Origin: an uncultured Christensenella sp.
GTDB lineage: Bacteria > Bacillota > Clostridia > Christensenellales > DTU072
Length of the DNA: 64,000 nt
Direction: 5' to 3'
NCBI GenBank assembly: GCA_964418255.1
Contig: CAYQKV010000001.1
Span: 150,901-214,900 of the forward strand
Shown here: positions 24,472-34,096 of the stretch, one piece after another
How the letters are laid out: every line of letters begins with the position of its first letter
Position numbering within the stretch: the stretch's first letter is position 1
Translations under genes and position numbers: made by a program
The notes under the pieces: model-generated
Database searches by the model: none
Told to the model about the DNA's origin: nothing
What the model saw: the letters and a program-made list of their open reading frames with translations, nothing else

Positions 24472-27087
24472 TTACTCCATTCTAAGCGCGTCGACTACAT
24501 TCTTTTTCGACGCCCTGACGGACGGAATCAAACCGGAGATTACCGCAAGGAAAATACTCAACCCGAATAATCCGAGCGAATAAAACGGATTTACGGCGGC
24601 GAGATTCGGAATTCCGCAAAATGCTTCCGCGGCTAACGAAAGAAGAGGCGCGAACGCAAACGTAAGCGCAATTCCTATTATTCCGCTGAAAACACCTATC
24701 AACAGCGTTTCCGATAAAAACACGCTGAGAATGTCTCGCTTTCTTGCGCCCATACTACGCAATATGCCGATTTCCCTCGTTCGTTCCACGACCGAATTTC
24801 CCGTAATTATTCCTATCATCACCGACGACACAACTAAGGAAATCGATGCCACGATAAGCAAGGCGTACACGCATATATCCGTAATCGTGCTCACGTTGTA
24901 CATAAACATTTCCGTTACGTCGAAATATGAAACTTGCCCGCCGTAAGAATTGCTCCACTCGTCTATGTAATCGGTTATTTTATTTTTTCCGCTTAAATTC
25001 GTTGCGTAGATATTTATATACACGGGCGCGGTATCTACCCCGAAAGATTTCATAAAGGAAGTTTTATCGAGGGAAGCGGAAAGGAGTCCCCATACCGTAT
25101 TATTTACGTATTTATCCGTCACCGTTCTTCGCCCTTTAATTACCGTATATGCCGACGCGTCGCTGTTTTTATATCCGCTCAGATTAAGCAATTTTTTCTG
25201 CTCGGCCGTTACTTCGCTTTCGACCGCCGATGTAAGCGCGTAATCGGCAAGCATATCCGTATAACACAAGTTCGCCCCAACCGCTCTTATTGGAGAATCA
25301 GGTTTAACCCTCAATACGCCGCATATCCGAAGCGGAACGTTTCCTTCCGAATTGTACGTCTCTTCGTCGGGTATTTTCACCTCGTATTCGTTTATTTCAG
25401 GAAAAGCCGACAAAGTGTTTCCCGTTTGCTTATAATATGAGTCGTTAGTTACGAGACGGATTTCGAAACCGCTGTTTTCCGACAGTAATTCATCGAAAGA
25501 AATCGTCCCGTTGCCGTCCTTATCCGCCGTTTCTATATCGAACCCGAAATCTTCAAGCGCGGGTATTTCAAGTTCGTTTCTTTCGTTTACGACCACAACC
25601 AAATCGCCTTTATCCGTAGGCCAGCGCCCCGCCATAAGGTCGTAGTATTTGCTCATAAAATCGCTGCCGCCAACAAGCTGATTCCATCTCGATTTTTCAA
25701 GCCCCTTTTCACCTAATACGTTCGTCGCAATGTTGATTACGTTGGTTTTTACCTCTTTTGGGGAAACGTCTTTATATGTTCCGTCGGAAGATGCGGCTAT
25801 TAAATTCATCTGAACTCCCCTGTACATATAAACCGCGTCGTACCATTCGGGATTCATTTTGTCGACGTAATCGATAAACTCTTCCGTAATCTGATTTTCC
25901 TTGACCGAACCTATGATTTCTTCCACAAGTTCACCCATAAATCCGCTGCCTTTGTTTTCTTCCACAAATTTTACCGTATCGTCGGTCGGGAAATCTCCTT
26001 CCTCGTAGATTTTATCTCCGAAAGACATAAATATATCCATAAGCACGGAATAATCCATACTGTATTCGTATATCCCGACGGGGATGGACGCAAGCAAAGA
26101 ATTCTGCATTCTTTCGAGAAAGATATTTATTCCGTTGGAAAACGCAAGTACAAGCCCAAGCCCTATTATCCCTGCGCTTCCCGCTATCGAAGTGAGCACC
26201 GTACGCCTTTTCTTAGAAATAAGATTTTTGAAGCTCAACCTTAACGCCGTTTTGAAATTCATATAAGAACTATGAAATTTCTCATTCTTTTTCTTCGTTT
26301 TTTTTATCTGTCTCTTACCTTTTTTATTTTTACGAATTTCCTCTTTTTTCCCCGTACCGATTTCCTCTTCTTTTTCATCGGAAAAAACCATATCCGACGA
26401 TTTATCGCGGAAATACGGCGCGGTATCGTTTACCACGACGCCGTCTTTCATTTCTACTATTCTGTCGGAGTATTTTTCCGCAAGCGCCGCGTTATGGGTT
26501 ACGACGATAACAAGTCTTTCCGAAGAAAGCTCTTTAAGCAAACTCATTATCTGCTCGCTTAATTCGCTGTCGAGCGCGCCGGTCGGTTCGTCCGCAAGTA
26601 TAATTTTCGGATTATTCACCAAAGCACGCGCTATAGATACGCGTTGAAGTTGCCCCCCCGAAAGTTCCGAAGGCTTTTTATTTGCCTGGTCGTCCATATT
26701 TACCCTTTTAAGCGCGTCCATCGCGAGAAGCGAATAATCTTTCTGCGAATAACCGCTGAGTTTAAGAGTCATTTCTACGTTTTCCAAAACGGAAATATGA
26801 GGAATTAAATTATAATTCTGAAAAACAAAACCTATGTAAGCGTTACGGTAAGCGTCCCACGTCTCTTCTCCGAATTCGGTTGTGGAAATTCCGTTTATAA
26901 TCAGGTCGCCGCCCGAATATCTGTCGAGACCGCCTATAATGTTAAGAAGAGTGGTTTTACCGCAACCCGACGGACCGAGAATGGAAACGATTTCCTTTTC
27001 CCTGAAATCTATGTTTATTCCGCGCAAAGCGCGCACTGTCCCGCCGGTAGCAAAATAATCTTTGGTTATGTTTTTTACGCTTAACAT
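24472..27087 (-). CDS. Fused MacB-type ABC transporter (N-terminal ATPase, Lys-rich linker, FtsX permease with a roughly 400-aa extracytoplasmic domain)
   Basis: 871 aa. Walker A GPSGCGKTT, LSGGQLQR, ILADEPTGALD. Linker GTGKKEEIRKNKKGKRQIKKTKKKNEK. Four TMs with a C-terminal FtsX-like triplet. Confidence 0.85.
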   Translation of the reverse strand: MLSVKNITKDYFATGGTVRALRGINIDFREKEIVSILGPSGCGKTTLLNIIGGLDRYSGGDLIINGISTTEFGEETWDAYRNAYIGFVFQNYNLIPHISVLENVEMTLKLSGYSQKDYSLLAMDALKRVNMDDQANKKPSELSGGQLQRVSIARALVNNPKIILADEPTGALDSELSEQIMSLLKELSSERLVIVVTHNAALAEKYSDRIVEMKDGVVVNDTAPYFRDKSSDMVFSDEKEEEIGTGKKEEIRKNKKGKRQIKKTKKKNEKFHSSYMNFKTALRLSFKNLISKKRRTVLTSIAGSAGIIGLGLVLAFSNGINIFLERMQNSLLASIPVGIYEYSMDYSVLMDIFMSFGDKIYEEGDFPTDDTVKFVEENKGSGFMGELVEEIIGSVKENQITEEFIDYVDKMNPEWYDAVYMYRGVQMNLIAASSDGTYKDVSPKEVKTNVINIATNVLGEKGLEKSRWNQLVGGSDFMSKYYDLMAGRWPTDKGDLVVVVNERNELEIPALEDFGFDIETADKDGNGTISFDELLSENSGFEIRLVTNDSYYKQTGNTLSAFPEINEYEVKIPDEETYNSEGNVPLRICGVLRVKPDSPIRAVGANLCYTDMLADYALTSAVESEVTAEQKKLLNLSGYKNSDASAYTVIKGRRTVTDKYVNNTVWGLLSASLDKTSFMKSFGVDTAPVYINIYATNLSGKNKITDYIDEWSNSYGGQVSYFDVTEMFMYNVSTITDICVYALLIVASISLVVSSVMIGIITGNSVVERTREIGILRSMGARKRDILSVFLSETLLIGVFSGIIGIALTFAFAPLLSLAAEAFCGIPNLAAVNPFYSLGLFGLSIFLAVISGLIPSVRASKKNVVDALRME

Positions 27088-27232
27088 CTACGCTCCGATA
27101 TTTAGATTACTGTTATATATAATAATATATTGAAAAACGAAAAATAGCAAACGTTAATCCCTTACAATTTATCTTAATGCCCGATATGTATGTCTAAAAA
27201 AAATCTTGCATAACTAAAGGGCGGAAAATTTA

Positions 27233-27261
27233 TTGACAAGAAGCAAACAATATGATAATAT
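27233..27261 (+). promoter_or_regulatory. Sigma-A-type promoter of tRNA-Ser
   Basis: TTGACA-17 nt-TAATAT with a TGn extension. Confidence 0.7.
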
Positions 27262-27284
27262 TTATAGGCAACAAAGTTCAGCAA

Positions 27285-27375
27285 GGAGAAATACCCAAGT
27301 GGCTGAAGGGGCTCCCCTGCTAAGGGAGTAGTACGGTGAAACGTAGCTCGGGTTCAAATCCCGATTTCTCCGCCA
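27285..27375 (+). tRNA. tRNA-Ser, anticodon GCU, long variable arm, CCA encoded
   Basis: Acceptor GGAGAAA/TTTCTCC, anticodon stem CTCCC/GGGAG with loop CT-GCT-AA, variable arm GTAGTACGGTGAAACGTAGC, T-arm TCGGG-TTCAAAT-CCCGA, discriminator G, CCA. Confidence 0.9.
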
Positions 27376-27405
27376 AAACCCGTTCCAATCGGAAACGGGT
27401 TTTTC
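27376..27405 (+). terminator. Intrinsic terminator after tRNA-Ser
   Basis: AAACCCGTTCC-aatc-GGAAACGGGTTTTT. Confidence 0.8.
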
Positions 27406-27501
27406 TTTACCCTCTTTTCACCTTTTATCCGATAAATGAATACGATATAACAAATACCTTCTATATCAAAAATATACATAAAACTATGGAGGTATCAATT
27501 T

Positions 27502-28035
27502 ATGTGTTGTTGTAATTCACAAAACCGTTGTTGTCAGAACCGTCGTTGCTGTTGCAGAAACAGAATAATTTTTCAAAGCGATTCGGTTATTCCCAATACT
27601 ACGGTAATAATTCGTCCCGTCACTCCTGTTCCGACGCCGTTTGCAAACAATGCGCTGTACGCGGTCGGGTCTTCGGGTGCGGTAGCAAATCTTGCCGCAA
27701 TCCCCTTAACCGCAGGCGCAGGCACTCCCGGAACCACTCTCGAAGTGTCGGGAAACGCTCTTATTATTCCCGCGGGAACTTATCAGCTTTCTTTCGGCGC
27801 GCAAGGAAACACCACCACGACTACCGAATCCACGTTTGCCGTTCAATTATACGCTAACGGGCTACCCCTAAGCGGACAGACCGTCTCCGCTAACGGTTCC
27901 ACGACATTGCCATCGTCAGTATCCAAAACTATAATCTATACGATAACCGAACCTACAGCGCTGTCCCTTCACAATGTGTCGGGCGCGACGATAAACATTT
28001 CAAACGCGTTCCTTACCGCGCAGAAGCTTGCCTAA
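27502..28035 (+). CDS. Secreted or surface-type protein: poly-Cys/Arg N-terminus plus a BclA-C-terminal-domain-like (C1q/TNF-like jelly-roll) domain, with no collagen repeats
   Basis: 177 aa. The N-terminus is MCCCNSQNRCCQNRRCCCRNR. The C-terminal blocks ALIIPAGTYQLSF, FAVQLYANGLPLSG and TIIYTITEPTALSLHNVSGATINISNAFLTAQKLA parallel the strand pattern of the Bacillus BclA CTD. GGAGG RBS and own terminator. Confidence 0.6.
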   Translation: MCCCNSQNRCCQNRRCCCRNRIIFQSDSVIPNTTVIIRPVTPVPTPFANNALYAVGSSGAVANLAAIPLTAGAGTPGTTLEVSGNALIIPAGTYQLSFGAQGNTTTTTESTFAVQLYANGLPLSGQTVSANGSTTLPSSVSKTIIYTITEPTALSLHNVSGATINISNAFLTAQKLA

Positions 28036-28045
28036 ACTTCAAAAA

Positions 28046-28076
28046 GAAAAACGGAAGGGTTTCCTTCCGTTTTTCT
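28046..28076. terminator. Bidirectional intrinsic terminator between convergent genes
   Basis: AAAAACGGAAGG-gttt-CCTTCCGTTTTT. Confidence 0.85.
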
Positions 28077-28094
28077 TTATTTGCTTTTTACTTC

Positions 28095-28310
28095 TTACGC
28101 TACGGGAATTTTCGCCGCCTCGTTAAGCGCGTTAAGCATAACGTCGGGGTCTACTCCGTGAACCGCCGCGGCTTCTTCGATGGTTTCGCCGTGGCTGAGC
28201 GCGCAGCCGAGACAGTGCATTCCGAAATCTGCAAGCACTTCCGCCATAGCGTCAACGTTTACGCCCTCTTTACGGAACGCGTCTATCAGTAACATATCTT
28301 TTGTCAACAT
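28095..28310 (-). CDS. DUF1858-type small redox-disulfide domain protein
   Basis: 71 aa. The GMHCLGCALSHGETIEEAAAVHG motif is typical of the hybrid-cluster-protein-associated DUF1858 family. GGAGG RBS. Confidence 0.65.
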   Translation of the reverse strand: MLTKDMLLIDAFRKEGVNVDAMAEVLADFGMHCLGCALSHGETIEEAAAVHGVDPDVMLNALNEAAKIPVA

Positions 28311-28403
28311 ATGATATTCCTCCGTTTTTGTTTTTATATAGTATATATCATTTAATCTTTTTTTTCAAGACAAATTACGCCGTTTATCGGTAACTTATGA
28401 AAA

Positions 28404-30071
28404 TCACTCCGTAATTTCGGTTTCCGTCATCGCTTCGTCAACCGCTTGCAACTTTTCTTTTACCGCCGTAATGTCTGCGTCGTTTTCTTTAACGATTTTC
28501 AATAGGTTGTCGTCGTTATATCTCAGTGAAAAAATAACCTCGTTCGTCTTTATAAAATCTATAAAAGCCTGCACTTCTGGCAAATCCGCAATCGAAGTCT
28601 CGGGGTCGAGATCATCGACGAAAGCGAGCATATCGTCGAAATTGTACCACACCGATGTGAAGAATTCGGGATTTATCAGAAAGCCTATTTCTGTATTGTC
28701 GATTGCAAGATTTCTGAGAAAATATGCTATCAAAGCATAAACGTCTATCTTCTGCTGTCCGCCGAAATCGTTTGCAAGCAGTCTCGTAGCCAAATCCGAC
28801 AAATCGACGTCAAATCGGAAAATACATTCGGCTTCGCTCTGTCCTTCTTTCTTCAGGAAAACATACGCTACGTTGTTATAAATGTAGAGAGCTCTGTCTA
28901 CCATTTCATCGGTCTCATTGTAATATTCCAAGAATATAAAGTTTTCCTGGTTATTATCCTGAAAAACGCGCGTCGTGACGTTGAAATCGTAATTATTCCA
29001 TACCGCCACATCGTTTTCGTCGTATATCTTAATGGGAATACTCAGCGCGTATATCGCTTCGTCATATCTCTTATACTTTTCGCGTTCCTCGGTCTGAGTG
29101 ACAAAATCTATCGACACGCCGTTTCCGTATATATTCGTTATTTTAACGTCCGCTATATCAACGCCTATTTCAAGCGTATCCGAGTCTATAAGCTTACTTT
29201 CGGAATGAGAAATGTCGATTTTTGCTTTTCCTTGAAGGCTTTGTATTTGATTTCCCGATATGACAAAATTCAAGTTCAGACTGCTTTCGGGCGTATCTCC
29301 TTCTTCCAACTGTTTTACGGTAATACCGAGAACGCTCGCAACGAAACTTTTGATGCTTGCTGTTACTTTCGGGTCTTTGGTTATGCTGCTCAATCCGTTA
29401 CAAAGTTTTGCAAGGGTTTCTTTGAGATTTACGTTCACCGAATATTTGAACTCTTCTTTATTGCTGTTTCTTCTCGTATACCCTATGGGATTATCGTTGA
29501 GCACAACGTAAGAAGCCATAATTCCAGCCACATTGCTCAGTTTCTGCGAATTCATCTGTTCCATCTTATAAGGGTAATAATCCGTCCAGTTGCTTCTGGA
29601 AATGTCGAACCTTACTTTATTGTTCCCTATGGCAAGATAAAGTTCGTCTTTATATATAACCGCCGTAATCAATCGACTTTCGTCGGTAACGCTTTCCTCA
29701 GATGAAAGATTTACTTCGAATATCGCCTTATCCCGAATTTTCGACGGGTCGGCGCAATCGTATTTACCTTTTATCGAAATATAAAAATCGTTGTCGTTAA
29801 TTGTAAAAAGAGCTTTGGCGTCAGCCGTCACCGCGCCTTTCGACTGTACTCTGTCCGCAGAAATCTCATAGGCTATGTTTGTAAATCCCAAAAGGAATTT
29901 CGTATACATATCCTTGTTTTCTATCTGCGAAATCTTCTCCCATCCGTCTTTATTCCCTTGAGTCGGTCCGTCGTTCGGTTCGTCGGGATTTTTATCGACA
30001 CAGGCGCATAGGAAAACAGCAAGCGCAACGGTAAGTATAACGGCAAGCACAAGCAAAAAACGCTTCTTCAT
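28404..30071 (-). CDS. Lipoprotein of unknown function
   Basis: 555 aa. Signal peptide plus lipobox (LAVFLCAC). Strong GGAGGGAGG RBS. No recognisable catalytic motif. Confidence 0.6.
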   Translation of the reverse strand: MKKRFLLVLAVILTVALAVFLCACVDKNPDEPNDGPTQGNKDGWEKISQIENKDMYTKFLLGFTNIAYEISADRVQSKGAVTADAKALFTINDNDFYISIKGKYDCADPSKIRDKAIFEVNLSSEESVTDESRLITAVIYKDELYLAIGNNKVRFDISRSNWTDYYPYKMEQMNSQKLSNVAGIMASYVVLNDNPIGYTRRNSNKEEFKYSVNVNLKETLAKLCNGLSSITKDPKVTASIKSFVASVLGITVKQLEEGDTPESSLNLNFVISGNQIQSLQGKAKIDISHSESKLIDSDTLEIGVDIADVKITNIYGNGVSIDFVTQTEEREKYKRYDEAIYALSIPIKIYDENDVAVWNNYDFNVTTRVFQDNNQENFIFLEYYNETDEMVDRALYIYNNVAYVFLKKEGQSEAECIFRFDVDLSDLATRLLANDFGGQQKIDVYALIAYFLRNLAIDNTEIGFLINPEFFTSVWYNFDDMLAFVDDLDPETSIADLPEVQAFIDFIKTNEVIFSLRYNDDNLLKIVKENDADITAVKEKLQAVDEAMTETEITE

Positions 30072-30206
30072 AATTCCTCCCTCCGACCCGAAAGTCGCAG
30101 ATATTTGTTTTTATCCGTTTTCTTTTTTCTTCCGTACTATTTTATTTGCGGCGTTTCCGCCCGACCGCACGATTGAGATAATCGAATGCGGTCGTTATTT
30201 ATATTT

Positions 30207-31931
30207 TTATTTGTTTAACTTTGCTATCTCCGCGTCTATTATATTTTTTATATATTCTACCGACTCCTCGATTTTTACGGAGACATTGAGCGTTTTATCC
30301 CTGGACTGAATTTCAACTTCTCCACGCGAAAGACTTCTCGGACTGATTACCACTCTTAACGGTATTCCCATTAAATCGCAATCGGAGAATTTGACTCCGG
30401 CTGACGTTTCTCTGTCGTCAAACAAAACTTCTATCCCCGCTTTTTGCAATTCGTCGTAATATTTTTGCGCCGCGTTTCTTACCGTTTCGTCGTCAAGTCT
30501 CAACCCGCAAAGATAAACCTGCCACGGAGCGACCGTCATCGGCCAGATAAAACCTTTATCATCGTGGCTTTCCTCCGCAATGGAAGCAAGCGCCCGCCCT
30601 ACGCCTATTCCGTAACAACCCATAATCGGATTAACCGCTTTCCCTTCGGAATTAAGTACCGTCATATTCATTGTTTTGGTGTACTTCGTCCCGAGTTGGA
30701 ATATGTTTCCTACCTCTATGCCGTTTTCAAGCGTAAGAGGTTTCCCGCATACCGGGCAAACGTCTCCTTCTTTGACTTTGGCAATATCGACGTATGTCGC
30801 GCCTTTAACGTCTCTTTCCATATCCACTCCGCAGATATGATATTCCGCTTTGTTCGCGCCCGTCACCATATTGTTTGCGCCTTCGAGCGATTTATCGTAT
30901 AGAATCGTGGCGTTATCGAGTTTAAGTCCTACGCAACCGATATTTCCGGCGTGCAAAACATCCGAGTCCGTCAAGTTTGCGGGCACAATTTGTTTGCCTA
31001 TATATTTCGTAAGTTTGCTTTCGTTGATTTCCAAATCGCCGCGAATAAAGCAAAGCACTATGTTTTCCGTTCCTTTTTCAAAATAACATACGGCTTTAAT
31101 CGATTTCTCCGGTCTGGCATTAAGGAATTCGCAAACGGACTCGATATCCTTTTTATCTCCCGTAAACACTTCGCGCATACTTTCGCTAGTATCGTCTCTT
31201 ACGGACGCGCGGTCTGTAACGGCTACTTCCATATTGGCTTTGTATCCGCACTCGGGACAGATAACTATCGTATCTTCTCCTATATCCGTAAGCAACATAT
31301 ATTCGTGCGCAATACTTCCGCCCATCATTCCCGTATCGGATTTTACCGCGACTACGCGTTTCATTCCTATACGCTTGAAAATACGGACGTAAGCGTCGTA
31401 CATTCTGTCGTAATATGCGCGCAAATCTTCTTCGTTGATATGGAAAGAATAAGCGTCTTTCATAGTAAACTCTCTTACTCTGATAAGCCCGCCGCGGCAA
31501 CGCGCTTCGTCGCGGAATTTTGTCTGTACCTGATAAATCATAAAAGGCAGTTGCTGATAACTGCTTACGGTATCGCGCGCAAACTGGACGGCTGCTTCTT
31601 CGTGGGTCATTCCGAGCACCATATCTCTGCCCGTTCTGTCGCGGAAACGCACCATTTCGTCTCCGATACTGTAATATCTTCCGCTTTCCGCCCACATTTC
31701 CTTAGGCATAACGACGGGGAACATAACTTCCTGTCCGTCCACCGCGTCCATTTCTTCGCGGATAATCTGTTCTATTTTCTTTGCAATCCTTTTAGCGGGC
31801 GCTGCAAGCGACCATATGCCGTTTGCGACGAGTTTGATAAAACCTGCTCTGATAAGCAGAATATGGCTCGCCGCGGTAGCGTCCGCAGGACTTGTTTTCG
31901 TTCGTTCACCGACTAATTTCGACAGTAGCAT
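30207..31931 (-). CDS. proS: Proline--tRNA ligase (bacterial type with INS editing domain)
   Basis: 574 aa. Class II motifs (FRDE..R, GGSIAHEY), an insertion domain between motifs 2 and 3, and a C-terminal anticodon-binding domain. Confidence 0.93.
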   Translation of the reverse strand: MLLSKLVGERTKTSPADATAASHILLIRAGFIKLVANGIWSLAAPAKRIAKKIEQIIREEMDAVDGQEVMFPVVMPKEMWAESGRYYSIGDEMVRFRDRTGRDMVLGMTHEEAAVQFARDTVSSYQQLPFMIYQVQTKFRDEARCRGGLIRVREFTMKDAYSFHINEEDLRAYYDRMYDAYVRIFKRIGMKRVVAVKSDTGMMGGSIAHEYMLLTDIGEDTIVICPECGYKANMEVAVTDRASVRDDTSESMREVFTGDKKDIESVCEFLNARPEKSIKAVCYFEKGTENIVLCFIRGDLEINESKLTKYIGKQIVPANLTDSDVLHAGNIGCVGLKLDNATILYDKSLEGANNMVTGANKAEYHICGVDMERDVKGATYVDIAKVKEGDVCPVCGKPLTLENGIEVGNIFQLGTKYTKTMNMTVLNSEGKAVNPIMGCYGIGVGRALASIAEESHDDKGFIWPMTVAPWQVYLCGLRLDDETVRNAAQKYYDELQKAGIEVLFDDRETSAGVKFSDCDLMGIPLRVVISPRSLSRGEVEIQSRDKTLNVSVKIEESVEYIKNIIDAEIAKLNK

Positions 31932-31949
31932 AATTATCTCCTTAGTTTA

Positions 31950-32303
31950 TTACGCCACTTTGATTTTCCACTCTCCGATAAGCAAATCCTCTCTTTCTTC
32001 GAGTGCGTAAATTTTCACGGTGTATTCCCCCGCTTCGGTAAAATTGCCGTCGTCGTCGAGATTTAACGCGTCTTCTCCAACGAAAACGAGATTTTTAGTT
32101 ATATTTCTCGTTTTGCCGTTTTTAAGTACGGCTACGACTTCCGCATCCGCCTGCTTATAAGCGTCTCCTATGGCGTACGTATCGGCTTCAATCTCCTTAT
32201 AACTTTCGATAACGGGTTCGCCGTCGTCGCTACACGCCACGAAAATACAAACCGCGGCGACCGACAACACAATGCACAATAACAAAACTATCGTTTTCTT
32301 CAT
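31950..32303 (-). CDS. Small lipoprotein, Ig-like beta domain, unknown function
   Basis: 117 aa from the ATG at 32303 (GGAG 7 nt upstream; the ORF-track start is a GTG one codon earlier). Lipobox IFVAC. Confidence 0.55.
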   Translation of the reverse strand: MKKTIVLLLCIVLSVAAVCIFVACSDDGEPVIESYKEIEADTYAIGDAYKQADAEVVAVLKNGKTRNITKNLVFVGEDALNLDDDGNFTEAGEYTVKIYALEEREDLLIGEWKIKVA

Positions 32304-32357
32304 CACTATTCTCCAAAAAATCGCTTATACTGCGATAATATTTTTAATTATATTTTA

Positions 32358-32386
32358 ATTATATATGAATACCGATTTAATGTCAA
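32358..32386 (-). promoter_or_regulatory. Consensus sigma-A promoter of the lipoprotein-proS transcription unit
   Basis: Minus strand TTGACA-17 nt-TATAAT. Confidence 0.75.
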
Positions 32387-32463
32387 TACCCATTTTACGC
32401 CCTTATTCAGGCATATTGCGTTTATTTTCAACAAAAGACGTTATATGTATAAGCGTCCTTTTT

Positions 32464-32505
32464 AGCGAAAAAAGGAGTGTTTTTGCAAACGACTCCTTTT
32501 CGCTT
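32464..32505 (-). terminator. Intrinsic terminator after pckA
   Basis: Minus strand AAGGAGTcGTTTgcaaAAACACTCCTT followed by TTTTTCGC. The A/T flanks make it symmetric. Confidence 0.8.
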
Positions 32506-32518
32506 AAATAACTGTTTA

Positions 32519-34096
32519 CTATTCCGCTTTGGGACCGGCTTTAACAACTTCTTCGGACATATGCGTATATTTCTTGAAGTTGTTGATAAATCTTCCCGCA
32601 AGGTCTTTTGCCGTCGCTTCGTATTCTTTTTTATCCTTCCATACGTTTTCGGGAACCATTATTTCCGAAGGAACGCCCTCGATGTCGACGGGGATTTCCA
32701 CTCCGAAATACGGGTCTTTAACGAATTTGCTCTTTTCGATGCTTCCGTTAAGCGCGGCGGTAACCATTGCTCTCGTATATTTCAGTTTCATTCTGCCGAC
32801 CGTTCCCGCTTTGCCTCCGCACCAACCGGTGTTGACGAGGTAAACGTTCGCTCCCGTCTTTTCGATTTTTTCTTTGAGCATTTCAGCATAAAGACTGGGG
32901 TCGAGGGGAAGGAACGGCGCGCCGAAACAGGTCGAGAACGTAGGAACGGGCTCGGTTATTCCTCTCTCGGTTCCCGCAAGTTTGCTCGTAAATCCGCTTA
33001 CGAAATAATACATCGCCTGGTTCTTGTCGAGTTTGCTGATAGGAGGCAGAACTCCGAACGCGTCCGCGGTAAGGAAGATAACGGTCTTAGGCGTGCTTCC
33101 TATTCCGGGAATAGCCGCGTTGGGAATGTATTCGATAGGATAACCTACTCTCGTATTTTCGGTATATCTGCCGTCGTCGAAATCCATTTCTCTCGTTTCG
33201 TCGTCCATAACTACGTTTTCGACCAGACTTCCGAACTTGATGGCGTTCCAGATTTCGGGTTCGTTTTCCTCTTTGAGGTTTATACATTTAGCATAGCAGC
33301 CGCCTTCGAAGTTGAATACGGTATCATCCGACCAACCGTGTTCGTCGTCGCCGATAAGTTTTCTCGCAGGGTCCGCGCTGAGCGTGGTTTTACCCGTTCC
33401 GCTGAGTCCGAAGAATACCGCGCTGTCCCCGTTGTCGCCTATGTTCGCCGAACAGTGCATCGGGAAAACGCCTTCCTTTGGCATAAGATAGTTCATAACC
33501 GAGAACACGCTCTTTTTGATTTCTCCCGCGTACTGGCTTCCCGCAATGAGAACGAGTTTCTTTTCATAGTCGATTATAATTGCGGCTTCGCTGTTTACGC
33601 CGTCACGTTCGGGAATGCACTTGAATCCGGGCGCGGCGATAATCGTAAAGTCTTCTTCGAAGCCTTCGAGCTGTTCCGCGGTGGGTCTTATAAGAAGCTG
33701 ATGAATAAACAGGTTCTGCGAAGCGAGTTCGTTCACTATTCTGAAACGCTTTGTATGCGCGGGGTCTGCGCCTGCAAAACCGTCGAAAATGAATATTTCT
33801 CTGTTTTGAAGATACGCAATCATTTTGTCATATATCGCGTCGAATTTTTCCTGAGAAATAGGCACGTTTACCTTTCCCCACGCAATTTCGTCGTGAACGC
33901 CCTTGCTGTCCACGATAAACTTATCGTTGGGGGAACGTCCTGTATATTTTCCCGTCAAAACGACGAGCGCGCCTTTATTATTGAGTTTACCCTCTCCTCT
34001 TTCAAGAGCCTTTTCCACGAGAACGGCGGGCGAAAGATTGCGATAAACGGCTTTGGCGTTTATTATGCCGAGCTTTTCGATTCCGTAAGTATTCAT
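32519..34096 (-). CDS. pckA: Phosphoenolpyruvate carboxykinase (ATP)
   Basis: 525 aa. GRSPNDKF, the kinase-1a GLSGTGKTTLS motif and a C-terminal nucleotide-binding region. GGAGG RBS. Confidence 0.95.
   Translation of the reverse strand: MNTYGIEKLGIINAKAVYRNLSPAVLVEKALERGEGKLNNKGALVVLTGKYTGRSPNDKFIVDSKGVHDEIAWGKVNVPISQEKFDAIYDKMIAYLQNREIFIFDGFAGADPAHTKRFRIVNELASQNLFIHQLLIRPTAEQLEGFEEDFTIIAAPGFKCIPERDGVNSEAAIIIDYEKKLVLIAGSQYAGEIKKSVFSVMNYLMPKEGVFPMHCSANIGDNGDSAVFFGLSGTGKTTLSADPARKLIGDDEHGWSDDTVFNFEGGCYAKCINLKEENEPEIWNAIKFGSLVENVVMDDETREMDFDDGRYTENTRVGYPIEYIPNAAIPGIGSTPKTVIFLTADAFGVLPPISKLDKNQAMYYFVSGFTSKLAGTERGITEPVPTFSTCFGAPFLPLDPSLYAEMLKEKIEKTGANVYLVNTGWCGGKAGTVGRMKLKYTRAMVTAALNGSIEKSKFVKDPYFGVEIPVDIEGVPSEIMVPENVWKDKKEYEATAKDLAGRFINNFKKYTHMSEEVVKAGPKAE

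Noticed and set aside
27406-27501. Possible mother-cell sigma (sigma-E or sigma-K) promoter upstream of the poly-Cys gene (ATACATAAAACTA).
   Set aside because: The spacing within CATA-N-TA does not fit the sigma-K -10 (CATAnnnTA), and the match to the sigma-E CATACAnT is only partial. I cannot support a call by eye.
27528-27857. 109-aa alternative-frame ORF inside the poly-Cys/BclA-like gene.
   Set aside because: It has no RBS and an Arg/Ser-rich nonsense-like composition. The overlapping frame starting at 27502 has a GGAGG RBS and a coherent domain pattern.
30162-30194. Long hairpin (CGACCGCA...TGCGGTCG with an inner GATT/AATC helix) between proS and the 555-aa lipoprotein gene.
   Set aside because: On the transcribed (minus) strand it lacks a U-tract. 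The T-run is on the plus strand, where no gene exists. It may be a processing or stability element, but I cannot assign a function, so it is not listed as a terminator.
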